DNA of 64,000 nt, from contig JAYWIR010000042.1 of the NCBI GenBank assembly GCA_036172245.1, forward strand, positions 496,001 to 560,000, read 5' to 3'. Positions 38,701 through 48,850 of the stretch are shown piece by piece. How positions within the stretch are numbered: the stretch's first letter is position 1; every line of letters starts with the position of its first letter. A model generated the notes under the pieces. That model searched no databases. It had not been told where the DNA came from and saw nothing but the letters and a program-made list of their open reading frames with translations. Source of the stretch: Raillietiella orientalis (lineage: Eukaryota). The position numbers and the translations under genes are program-made.

Positions 38701-41700
38701 TATTTCTTCGAGTTTTCCCAACTGCCATTCAGGAAAGGACATTTCTTCTAGGAACACGAGAGCTCCCAGTTAAAACTCCATCGCCGCCATTCTAAACGCG
38801 GGTGCTTGCCAACATGACCACCGCCCAAGAGTTTGATGTCGCCCGGAGGCATCGCATGGGTTCCTTCTTTGAATGTGCGGATGAGGGGAACGCGACCGTT
38901 TCTCGATCGTGCCCAGCGTGGGAAGTTCTCTTGCGAGAAGCAAAAGGCCATCGAAAATTTCGGCTGCCGGACTGAAAATGTGCGTTTCCCTGGAAGGATT
39001 CCTTCCGAGAAGTCATCAGCGAACTCGGCTCAGCTGCGCAACTCCGAAGAACGGAGTCGTTGATACATCGATACTTCCGCTCCTCGGAAGCCTCGATCAA
39101 ATGCCGAAGTACCACTGCTCCCGGATTCGTGATCCCAGAAAACACGAGGGTTCCCGGAAAACACCTGAATTCTTGACATCATCGAGATGAATCGGATGAT
39201 GCAAACGCCGCTTCAAGGAAATCTTGACGTCGGGAGGGTTGCGATTGATGATCTCCGAAACACACACACAAAAAAAAAAAGACGCATCGGTTATCATTTG
39301 AGATCACTCGGAGCTTGCCGCTCAGGATTCTTCTGAACGACCGAGATCCCGAAAATCAGCATCCGGAGCAGTCGAAATTCCGAATGCCGAAAGATTTCGA
39401 AAAACAGACGCACGTGCCATCGTATATATTAATGCATGGAATAATGTGCACAATTATTGATGTTTATTAACATACGTATTATTAATGCAATTAATAATAT
39501 GCACTGGCATATTGGAAAATTTCAAATGTCTGTGCATTGTGAATATTGATGTATGTAATGAATAGATATTGAATGAATACATAAATATAAAATTACAAAA
39601 AATAAGAAAAATAATGGTGGCGAATTAATGACAGTGGGGAAATGAAATAATGTGTACATGATAAACATATATGTTCATTCTTTACAATATTTAATGCATA
39701 TTAATGCTGCACCTTAATACGCATTATCAATTGTATTAATAAATATACAAGTGAAGAAACATTAAAAGCCTCATACGTTAATAAATATCAATGGGTATAC
39801 ACGTAAATAAATATTCATGTTTAAATGATCCTGTATACTAATCTCTATATAAATATACTCAAATTAATATACTAGATAAGAATTATATTCATTTTCTATA
39901 ACATTCATAGCTACATATATTTATATTATCAAATATAATAAAATTAATACAGATATATATTAATAATTAGCACACATAGTAAAACACACACACACACACA
40001 CACACATATTAATTAATATACCAAAGAAGCAAGTATATTTATTTTCCATAACATTCATAGTTACATATCATATACAAACATGTATTCGTTAATACAGAAA
40101 CACATATATTAACATATGCAATGAAAATTTATTTTTTGCGGCCCTCCCAGGTTGAACTAGCGCCATCCGAAGTCCCGGTTTCGCGAGTGCGAAGGGGATG
40201 CGGGTCCAGGAAACAGGAGCAGAGCAAGCAAATCTGAATCGAACTGCTTGCAGCTGCGATCACAATCTGCTCACATTCGTGATCTGAATCCATCGGAATC
40301 ACAATCAAGGGAAACGTGGGCGCGCACACACGGAAAAGCACAGATCCGAGTCCACGCACGTTGGGATGTTCGACGATTTCTACCGTAGGGAATGCTTTCG
40401 GTTCGAAACGCCACCCCCACCCCCGAAAGAAAAGGAAAGAAAAGGTGCCAAGGGTTTTAGCTGTGCTTTCAAACACGGGAGGCCAAAGACTGAAGCCACA
40501 GGGGCTGGAAGCACCAAGGCGATAGCGCTGCAGTGTGGCCATCAAAACCGTTTCCTCCGAAACGATGGCAGAATCAATCGCTGAAGTACATCGCCCCTTC
40601 TGCCCCCCATCGCACGCTGAAGAACTGCACCTTACATAAGTGTTTCCCTGGATTAGGAGAGGCGGATGCGATGACTCGAGACATAAGAAGTACCTCCGCT
40701 GCCCTCTCAGCTGATGAATTTCCAGCTGAGCGCTCGGCGCCCGGCTGCTACGAGCCACATTAAAGAGGTTTCTCCGGAAAGGATCCGAGCTTGCTGTCGG
40801 CTGACCTGACACGGTTCTCACGTGAACGCCTTCTCACGTTTCAGGTGGTGACCCTGGCTGTGTATTCCTTTTTTCTGGCCTGTCTGATGGGGCGGCAGTT
40901 CATCCAGACGAGCAAGAAGTATTCTCATGGTTACGTAGAGATTTACATACCGGCTTTCACCATACTAGAATTCATTTTCTATATGGGTTGGCTCAAGGTT
41001 GCTGCCAGTCTGATTAATCCTTACGGTGAGGATGACGACGACTTCGAGATCAGCTTCCTGCTGGACAGGGATCTCACGGTAAGAGTTGACGAATTCCTTC
41101 GAAGGTTCGATGCCCGAACCGGGCACTTTCCTCGCGCGCAAATTTCGGGAGACACCGTGGCCGGGATGGAACTTTCGGTTTGCAGCCGCTCGCGACCACG
41201 AGGGAAAGCAGAGATAAAGATACACAACCAGGCGGCATTTCATTCCTAATTTCACCACGGTGACCTGACCGACGCAGTTTGACTGCATCGATCCATCGTC
41301 GCTGGTAGTGGGGCAAAGAGGATAGAATAGGAGGGATGACGATGATGCGAGATGTGAGGAGAGAGGAAAATCATCGACTTGCGATCGCGATCCGTGAGAT
41401 GGCATTTTGAGAAAGAGAGCCGCTGGAAACCAACATTGCATGGTTGGTGCGCTCCAAGAAGCAAAGTCCGAAAGACTTGGAAACTACACGAGGAGTAACG
41501 GGAACTCTTAAGGACATTCCGAGGCACCTGAACGAAGGAGGTGATCCGATCGTTAGAATGCAATGAACAACTCAATGAGGAAGACGCAGCTATCCGACTC
41601 AAGGACGAAATAGTTCCACACGACAAGAGAGAACTCCAGAGGGATATTTCACGGATGCAAAAGTGAATGGATCTTCGCTGCGGAAAACTCATATTCCTCA

Positions 41701-44700
41701 GGGCTCATCTTTCTGTAACTCTGAGCGCATGAACAACAGAAAGAGAAACGTCCCGTTTTTCGAATTTCATTTCCGCACTTCCTTTGAAGTTTCCTTCTCG
41801 GTGAATTTCAGACGAATCGGAATGAGTCTGTTTCGATCTGTTTGAGAAGCTGCGGAGCAGCATTTCCGAAGTGCAGTTGCCAATCTTGAACCTCTTGCTA
41901 TTGCTTCCCGACGTCATGCTGTAAAAGCACCCTCCTGACATGAGCAGGAGGTATCCTCTCCCATCTGTTTCCCATCTTCCGTTGGATATAATTCACGATC
42001 TGAAAAAGAACTGAGGGCACGTGATGCTTTGCTTTCTTTCCTTTTCCTAAACCTCTTTCGAAGTTGCTTGGATTTTACTCCAAGTCAGAGACCCCGAAGT
42101 AAAATCCAAACTAATTTGCATTCTCGGTCCCTGCAACTGTCCTCGGTCTGATTTCTGTTAGGTGCAGAATGAGTTTACCAAATTTAGGAAAGGATAACTT
42201 CTTTCAAAGAGCTTCACTTCTTCTACATGATTCACACTGCATTCTCACTCGACTTGTCCACTTACTTAATACCTCTGTGGGAGTGGCCTATCGCCACTAC
42301 TTCGCAGCTTCTCATGAAACCATGGCCAACCATCCGTGAGGCTTCTTTGGAGACATGGTTACGCGAGCAATCTTATACCAAGTGCATCCTCCAGAAAAAG
42401 TCAAATAACCGAAGCGTGGATTTCTTTGCACGAATAGCGATTTCGTTGGAAAAAAAAAAAAGCCTTCATGAACTTTACTGGGATCATTCGCATCTCCATG
42501 GAACAGTGGTCCAACAAGAGGCTTGGACCAGTGTGACCTGTCTCACCCAAATTCCCCGCTCTTACTTTCGAGATGCCAGAATCCCTCTTCGGGATGCCGG
42601 CTTCCAGGATCCGTTCATGCATTTCTTGCTAAGGTTAGTCCTCAGCAGCTCGATCCCGATTTCTGAAGACGCCGCCACATGAAATTCCCACATTACCGTC
42701 CCCGCTGCTGACATACTCCCGGATATTTATTTTGCCGCTAGATTTGGGCAGCAGAGAAATTCTAAGCTTGGATTTTCAACATCTGCTTTTCTGGAGTTTT
42801 TCCTGGATCATGGATTTCCTGGTCTTTATCGTTCAGAACAGTCCCTGAACAGAGGAAAAGAACACCGAAGAAGAATCTCAGAAGATTGAATTGGAATTGA
42901 AAACTGGCTGGCTGTGAGGTTACCTTCTAATCGTCTTTTATGGTGCTTCTTTATGGAGAATGCTGTTTGGCAGAAAACTGTGAGCTTTTGAAGTGGATCT
43001 TCCCTCTAGCAGAATCCAATGAAGCGCAATTTTTTTTTCCAAGGGAACGAATCAGCTAAATAAATCCGAACGGATTGTGTAAAAGAGAAGATTTGCTTCC
43101 AAAATGGTATTTTTAGAAGCTGCCTTTCAGTTTGACTTTCGGTTTCATCCGGTGCATGGTGCAGTGATGGGACGTTTGCTCGAGTCGCAATTCATGAGGA
43201 GCTGTACTCACGGAGCAGTAATTATTTCATGTGATGGACAAGCAGAAAATTAGGAGCAGCAACTCAAGCTCTTGGCCTTGCATTGTGATGCTGGTCTGTC
43301 TCTTCATCTTTCTGCTGGGATGGAATGGCTTCCGTTGCATCGCCACCACACTGTTCAGAAGATTGCTTCTTCCTACCGCTTGAGGAATCAGCCGAGTCTC
43401 TAAGCTTGCAGTAGAAGGGTCTCCTCCCTGCCGATGAGTATCTCCAGGATTTCCACACTCCCGTTCATCCAAGGGAGTCGCTTTCCCTGAGAAGAACGTT
43501 CGGACAGACCAGGATAGCTTTTTCGTAAGGTTGCGAAACCTTCGTTTATTCCTTCTACCACCGCCTTTTTCGAACGCTTAGGAAAATTCAGCACGTGATC
43601 CTTCTTGTTCTTATGTCGAAGACTTGAGACACGGTGAAGCACATCTGAGCAGTGGCAATGCTGATGTTAAGAAATACACGCGTTTTGAAGGATAGAGGAA
43701 ATGTAAGGGAATGCTCCATTGAACGCTGACGTTACATTATTACATACTCCATTGACATCCAGTGAATCGATTGCATTTATGCTGCAACGCAGCCTGAAGT
43801 CGAGGTCTTGGAGCCCATCTTTCGTCTCGCTTTATTGTTCACCGATGAACAACCATGCATTTCATTAATAAGAAGTTATGTTTTATGTGTTTGCAAGGGA
43901 TCAATGTGTCATGTCAAGAATTCATGAGCTCCAGATACGGCAATTTAAGACTCCTGGGTTCTATGTGCAAGAGCATTCCCATGGAGGAGGGGAGGGGAGG
44001 GGTAGCGGTTGCTCCCCAATAAAACATCCGCTCTTAAATAGCTATGGAAAACCTGCAAAGGAAATCTGTAGCACGATGGAAGCATAGGAAAATTATTATT
44101 CTTCCTTGATGCTGTTCTCTATTTCCATTGCTTCATTATAACGAAAGGGAATTATATCCTACGAAGCCCATAATGCCATTAAGAACAAATAACGGATGCT
44201 GTCACCGTTCACTACGCAATTTCAGATCTCAAGGCTGTTGCGGAAACGAGATATTGTAACACGGACTATTAAAATTTATCAGCTCTCGTTCTCCAAAGAT
44301 TTAGGAAATCAAGCTCCAAATAACATTTGCTAATAGCTCATGCATCCGTTATTTTGGGAAAGCATAAATCTAGTGGGGGTACAAAGAAAAAAGGAACTTC
44401 GCTCCTTCCGCTCAGTTTGAAATCCCATCCTATAACTTTCAGGCTATCTTTAAGGGACGTAAACAGGGAATTGCTAGTCGCTAATGTAGTAGAAACTTTC
44501 AAATTCAGTAATCAAAAAAGGGAGGCTCAAAGTTTCAAAAGATAAAAAACGTAATTTATCACTGGGATCCCAAAGAAAATGGTGTGTAACTGGACATTCA
44601 CCACTAAGAAAAATACGGTACGATGCGGTGAAATTCGATTCTTGCCTCAGGGCGATTCTTCACAGCACTCCAGCTTTTCGATGGTAAGGCGGACAACTCA

Positions 44701-47700
44701 AAGCATTTGCTCTCCGTGCCATCGAAAGGCACCCCTGAGGGACGTTCCATCCACCTTTCTGGAATTGCGGGACACGCGGTTTTACGTACCCCTTTTATTC
44801 TCTGCTACCGTCCACAGGGAACTCCTTTCTCGCGGGGAAAAGCACTGCTCTTGAGAACGGGGTCTCTGCTGCGTATTCTTCTCAGAAGTGCTTGCGTGGG
44901 ACCCCTTTCAAGAGTTTGAAGACCTTGCAAAGTCACCGCTCGCACCTGGAGAACCTCTGAGTATTCGATCGCCTTCGTGTGGGACGAATTTTCGTGTTTC
45001 GCACAGGATACAGAGCTGGAAGCACAGGTCTCATCTAAAAGGAATGGATCAAGGGAGAATACGCTTGAGGCATTTTCTGTTGAACCCATGGGGCATCCGG
45101 AATGAATGGAAATCTTTCTGTCGAAATTTCCATACTCAAGGAGTGTCCCAGAGTTTGGCACAACGGAAGCAAAGGCAGATGCTGGAATGGGGAGGAGTTT
45201 CGTCCTGTGCCATACTTCAGCAGTCCAAAGGTCACATACTTCCTTTGTATTTGGGATTCTGGTCAGAGACCCAGAGTAAAAACTCGAGAATTTCCTTGAA
45301 ACCTCCCGGTGCCTTCATGGATTTGATTTTCTCTTGCGCATAGGCAGAAAGCTGAAGATTCTTCCGTCGAAGGCTTTTTCTTTTCTTCTTCTTCTTCTTC
45401 ATTTCATCTTTGTTTGTAGAAAATGATGCCAAAGAAATCTTTGACGCCTAAGCGGTTGGGCTCCTGTGCAGCTACAGTGAGGAAACGACAAATTTGTCGG
45501 TAAATCCAGGGAGGTCCATTAACGTTCCCAGAAGCCATGAGATTATCCAGAAATCCCCCGCATCCTCTGCACTCATGTCTGAACACTGCATGCAGGTCTT
45601 CACCATTCGGAGGGATTTCGACACGACAACCCCTGCACCCACTCGAGAGTGCCCGCCGCGTTTTCAGCGTATTCAAGGAGAAAGGCAGCGCATTCCGGTT
45701 GCTTCCGGTATTCGAGGACGGAATTCAAAAGATCGAATTCACAGCAGTTGGTGGGTGGAGTGCGATGCGGTTGTTCCAAAGAATGCATGGAAGGGTTCTT
45801 CCCGCCGGAAAAGGAGCCGACATCATGAAGTCGGCACTTGCAAGAGCGAAGACTTCGCTCCCATCCATAATTGGTGACCACTCTACTAATTTGCCAATAA
45901 GAATGACCAACAGAACCCTACCGACGAATATCTCGCTTCCAGCTTAAGCGCACTCAAGCTGCAAAGATTCTAAAGGAAGTTAATTACGGTGGGGGTGCTG
46001 CTCTGTGTCTCAGTTTCCTTGGGCGGCGGCTATCAAGAAGGAATGAAGCAGTTGTCAAAACGGTGGAGGGGATTTCCTCATGAAATTAGCGAACAAGGAT
46101 AAGGCTGGAATGAGAATTCGAGATCCTTAAAGCTGGTTTTGGGAACAAATGAATGCAGTTCTGATGAGACAGTGGGTTAGTTCCTTTTTTCGAAGACAGG
46201 AAAAGATAGGGACATCCAGTGCAATGGAGCAAATGTTATAGCAGAGGCAGAGAAGAAAACGACAGCGCTCTGCCTCTTGGCGGAGAGGAGAGAGAACAGC
46301 ATCTCTGCTGTTTAGAGCTACCTTCCTGCCACGTTCCATTCGAGCAGTTCCCTGACGATGCAACTCCTTCGGAGTGATGCAGCATACCTTTCTGCTAAAG
46401 TTTCCTGAAAGAATTCTCTCCATGCAGTCCCGTTACCAAGTGGATTTCATAGGCAGACCCTTATTAAGCCCCAAAACCGCAGGGAAAGAATCGTCGAATG
46501 AAAATAAAGTGAGGAATGCTTGTGGCGGAAGCTGGAAACGTTCGTCTCGAACTATTTAATGCGCTCTTGCAGTTCTTAGATTAAACGATGGAACAGGAAC
46601 GCAGAGATGGACCGTGGAAGTTTTTAAGCAAAAGGAACATCTAGGGACCCCAATTTTTTGAGAGAATCCTTCGTGAAACCACAAAGCTCTTTCATTTTTC
46701 TGTTTCCTTTTGAGTTCACTCGTTGCTAACCAATTTCGTTCCTTTCCCTATCTGTTTTTCCCGATGCACATCACCTCTAATGGTGCTGTTCTCCCACGAG
46801 CATGTGATGATCCTAGGGCTCAATGCGAAATCATGATATGAGTTGAGGAACACCTTCCTCTAGAAGCTCCTTTGTTTACAGCATCCATCGCTTTCGTGAT
46901 TCCAGATTTCGTATCTCATCGTCGACGAAATGCATGACCATCATCCCACTTTGACGAAAGATCAGTACTGGGACGAGGTTTATCCAGAAGACGGTCACAG
47001 GTGGGCAAAACCCGCAAAGGCATCAGAGACTGACTCTCAGTGTAAGCAGCATGCTGAAGGGAATTCCTCCTGGGTGGCTGCGCTCGCCGTTCTCCGATAG
47101 TTTCACCGTCAACAACGACTCCCTCCGCTCGAAGAGAAGCATCCTATCTCGGATTGACGACAAGATTTCGGTAAGTCGAGCTGTCGATGTTCTCCCTGAC
47201 TCTCGAGGCAAGGAGGTCAGTTGTCCCTCTGGTCTAATTGTCTCGTTGTAAGTCGTGTGGTAGTTCTTTTGCATCCATTCTGGAGCAGCCCCACGCTTTT
47301 CGCTTTTACATCCTTCCAGCAGATCTGTTCAGCATCCCTGGAAAACCAAAACCCGATCATCTTTTCCACTTGCTATCTAGAACTTAGCAGCTTACCTTTC
47401 CAGAATCATCATGTACATGTTCAAATTCTTGCGAAATCACGTCGGACAAGTTTTTTCCTTTCTTTGCGGATTCTTCTGGTTTGCTTTTTCATCCGAAAGC
47501 CCGTCTTCGTAGGGGCCAATGCTTTCGCATAGGATTTTTCAAGACGCCATGTATTACCATGGCAGCGAAAGCTACCTGTTGTTGCTGGAGTTTGGCGGTG
47601 GGCGCTCGCGTTTAGAAAGGAAGCCAACGTGAAGATTGAGAAATGTAACTTTTCGGATCCCGGAAAATTCCAACGTGCTTCATCAAAGATTGATTCCGCC

Positions 47701-48775
47701 CTGTAACGTTCCTGCTTCTCAGAACAGCTTCCTTGTTCTCTGTTACTCCGGTGGGATCACCCTGGAGTCTCTGTTCTCTTAGCAATGGGTGGACGTGCCA
47801 ACATCTTTCAGACGCTTCTTATATTGCAGCTGTAGAAGAGTGCGCGTTCCTCACATGCCTGCTTTCGACTCACTTTTTTTTAGTGTGTGTCTGATCAGAA
47901 AAAGTAATCAGAAAATGGAAAGCAAAGAGCACACTAGTCAGTCAGTGGCTCCGTTGTGCTTTTTGTGCCTCTTTCTGCTTCCTGGAAGCTCCTTATATTC
48001 CTGCTTCAGCTCACACCGAAAACCTTTGAGCAGTATTTGTCAAATGAGCGTCCCTTCGTTCGCTCAACTGAACCGCTTCTCTTTGCAGCGGCAAAGCAAA
48101 AGCAAAAGTGCTCCCATTTTCGTAAACACGCGCTCCTTTAATCATTTCATGGACGGTCTTTTGCCTTTGGGAAGACGGCAAATACGAGTGCTCACTTATT
48201 TGAAGGAAGGAACATTTTCTTTCGTTTTGCAAATGGATGCACTGCTTTCGCTGTCGCAGTTTTTCTCCCATCCTGTGTGCTGTCAGCTTGCACGATCCAT
48301 GGAGGGACTTTTTCGACTTCAAATGGAGTCGATAATCACTCTCTTTTCGTTGAGCAGAATCTGTCCAGCACTCGCAAGAGCAAATACTGCGCCGAAAACT
48401 ACGTCAACAAGGCCTACAGTGAAGAAGCTCATATGAACATGACCAACTCCAGGAAAGCCTCTTCTGTATCCATTCATTTCCGAGAGGCTGACAACTTGCC
48501 AGTTCAAGGTTTGTATTTGGAAAATTATTCGAAATCCTGCAACTTGCTTCCGTTCCCAAGCACTAAAAGAGACCCAGACGAACGACGTTGATGGGGACGA
48601 ATGCAATAGGACGGACAAGAGCTCTTGCTGTGCTTGTCAGAACGATTCCCAGGATTCCAGCAGGAAGACGTCCAGCGATTCTGAAGTTCTCTCTGCTATT
48701 TCCGAAGGAACCGAAAGCAAAGCTGTTTCCACCATCTCTTCGTTGAACGCTCTGCTACATGAGAATGCTGAGTGA
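14634..48775 (+). CDS. BEST: Bestrophin-family Ca2+-activated chloride channel, spliced gene: join(14634-14701,23406-23516,30455-30626,30707-30836,31857-32095,40845-41078,46906-47000,47101-47170,48358-48508,48561-48775), about 494 aa
   Basis: Hallmark motifs MTVTY, RWRASVYK, IPVSFVLGFYV, RWWNQF, KRFPT, VPLIYTQVVT, GRQF, GWLKVA, NPYGEDDDDFE, IVDEMH..P....DQYWD. All introns are GT-AG with matching phases, and the exons sum to 1485 nt. The last three exons rest on splice and phase logic only; exact paralog not assignable. Confidence 0.93.
15190..16700 (+). mobile_element. Very decayed L1-like RT relic in bestrophin intron 1
   Basis: DDYRCLPIF..SLANI (approx. YRPISLL..LA), PRSGF, NFRKIVESS (approx. 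DFxKAFDS), DRGTREQ. Segment 15610-15640 resembles the reverse complement of 24107-24139. Boundaries approximate. Confidence 0.35.
17309..17372. repeat. (CA)n / (TG)n / (GA)n microsatellite forming a 17-bp inverted repeat
   Basis: ctcacacacacatacac (17320-17336) pairs with gtgtatgtatgtgtgag (17350-17366), one mismatch. Confidence 0.8.
20311..21128. mobile_element. Fold-back (palindromic) non-autonomous mariner derivative: two inverted 3' transposase ends, TA-flanked
   Basis: Ends TA-CGAGACGCATCTCGAAAGTAAG...CTTACGTTTGAAATGCGCCTCG-TA. Left arm (minus) encodes RRGMLFRSGIVLLLHDNAR and FKWELLDHPSHSLDLAASDYHVFLHLKNWL. Right arm (plus) encodes FKWELFDHPPHSPD..SDYHVF..WLSSQAAEFAADGFKKLLPLYQECLEK. 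These are mariner DD34D C-terminal motifs. Confidence 0.88.
23406..23516 (+). CDS. BEST: Bestrophin exon 2 (WRASVYKVMWPELTVFLIIYYLLRLLYSFGLDESQKR; TM1)
   Basis: Acceptor ttccag and donor gtaagg; matches the RWxGSxYK...TM1 block. Absent from the supplied ORF track. Confidence 0.92.
23560..24700 (-). mobile_element. Very decayed L1-like RT relic in bestrophin intron 2
   Basis: Minus frames give QLTRNSFFHTRILLRML, LRTAVVSEGAAVGGTREQ and ERWRSRHF; local similarity to 15610-15640. Confidence 0.35.
25960..26880 (-). mobile_element. Old L1-like RT relic, copy B (uninterrupted paralog of 1130-1755 plus 5944-6120)
   Basis: Collinear by-eye similarity to copy A (e.g. gattcccggaaggaccccggagggtccac vs gattcctggaaggaccccagagggtccat); translation RPTRIGSGPSGVLPGIKE, EEVLFEVPSGDNQEE, RDLSSRRQTVV. 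Confidence 0.65.
27450..29300 (-). mobile_element. Decayed L1-like ORF2 relic (EN end through RT)
   Basis: Ordered motifs on the minus strand: SRFHFRVHL (approx. SDH region), KPGTGLP, QYRVSDSLLSILDARRPSGHLA (approx. YRPISLLNxDxK..LA), MSARKAFEK (approx. DxxKAFD), GRVKDQEVSP/PLL/FPIAED, AVHAGD (approx. YADD), LLLRVPL. Confidence 0.5.
29471..29522 (+). repeat. Two-copy 29-bp-period tandem repeat
   Basis: gaaaagttgacatagcgaaaatc (29471-29493) and gaaaagttgagacagcgaaaatc (29500-29522). Confidence 0.75.
30455..30626 (+). CDS. BEST: Bestrophin exon 3 (TM2 / pore neck IPVSFVLGFYV...RWWNQF...PWPD)
   Basis: Acceptor tttcag, donor CAG|gtcagc; family motif match. Confidence 0.95.
30707..30836 (+). CDS. 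BEST: Bestrophin exon 4 (GERCRLMRRTIMRY...KKRFPTLQEVVEAG)
   Basis: Acceptor tcctag, donor gtaaac; RFP signature. Confidence 0.95.
31857..32095 (+). CDS. BEST: Bestrophin exon 5 (ILTEEER...FWMPLVWA...VPLIYTQ)
   Basis: Acceptor tttcaag, donor gtgagt; family motifs. Confidence 0.95.
32450..32780 (-). mobile_element. Possible decayed LINE ORF2 3' end
   Basis: FLMWNLLLRS...SCPVPTCP..GFFL resembles the W-x-L...CxxC finger region. Weak. Confidence 0.25.
37250..38250 (+). mobile_element. Possible decayed non-LTR ORF2 (EN end plus RT) in intron 5
   Basis: Ordered fragments: GVVNIFLSDHHLL (SDH), SSPGYHDVPRPMIRK (approx. SPGxDxI), FSLDEGKT (approx. LDxxKAF), CGLLHHGHSMMG. Confidence 0.3.
39421..40135. 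repeat. AT-rich low-complexity island with a diverged about 150-bp tandem duplication and a (CA)n tract
   Basis: Abrupt shift to very AT-rich sequence. attttctataacattcatagctacatat (39891) recurs as attttccataacattcatagttacatat (40041); (CA)n at about 39984-40006. Confidence 0.75.
40845..41078 (+). CDS. BEST: Bestrophin exon 6 (TM3/TM4 and Ca2+ clasp NPYGEDDDDFE)
   Basis: Acceptor tttcag, donor gtaaga; VVTLAVYSFF, GRQF, GWLKVA and the acidic cluster. Confidence 0.96.
46906..47000 (+). CDS. BEST: Bestrophin exon 7 (ISYLIVDEMHDHHPTLTKDQYWDEVYPEDGH)
   Basis: Acceptor ttccag, phase 0, strong family match. The 3' donor (gtgggc at 47001) is less certain. Confidence 0.88.
47101..47170 (+). CDS. 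Putative bestrophin exon 8 (FTVNNDSLRSKRSILSRIDDKIS)
   Basis: Follows a 100-nt GT-AG intron, phase-compatible, strong donor gtaagt; no homology support. Confidence 0.55.
48358..48508 (+). CDS. Putative bestrophin exon 9 (NLSSTRKSKYC...ADNLPVQ)
   Basis: Acceptor cag after a pyrimidine tract, donor AG|gtttgt, open in phase. Confidence 0.45.
48561..48775 (+). CDS. Putative terminal bestrophin exon 10 (Ser/Asp-rich tail ending LLHENAE*)
   Basis: Follows a 52-nt intron, phase-compatible, 70 open codons, AATAAA 70 nt after the stop. Confidence 0.45.
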
Positions 48776-48844
48776 ATACCGCCGAGAAAGTCATTTGCAG
48801 ATTACAGGCAATATACAAAGCCCCTCCGAATCGATCAATGTACC

Positions 48845-48850
48845 AATAAA
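48845..48850 (+). promoter_or_regulatory. Candidate polyadenylation signal AATAAA of bestrophin
   Basis: Canonical hexamer just downstream of the predicted stop. Confidence 0.4.

Noticed and set aside
38990..39035. Hammerhead-like CTGATGA plus short stem on the minus strand (also CTGATGA at 40711, 46161, 59399)
   Set aside because: The GAAA core and stems I/III are missing.
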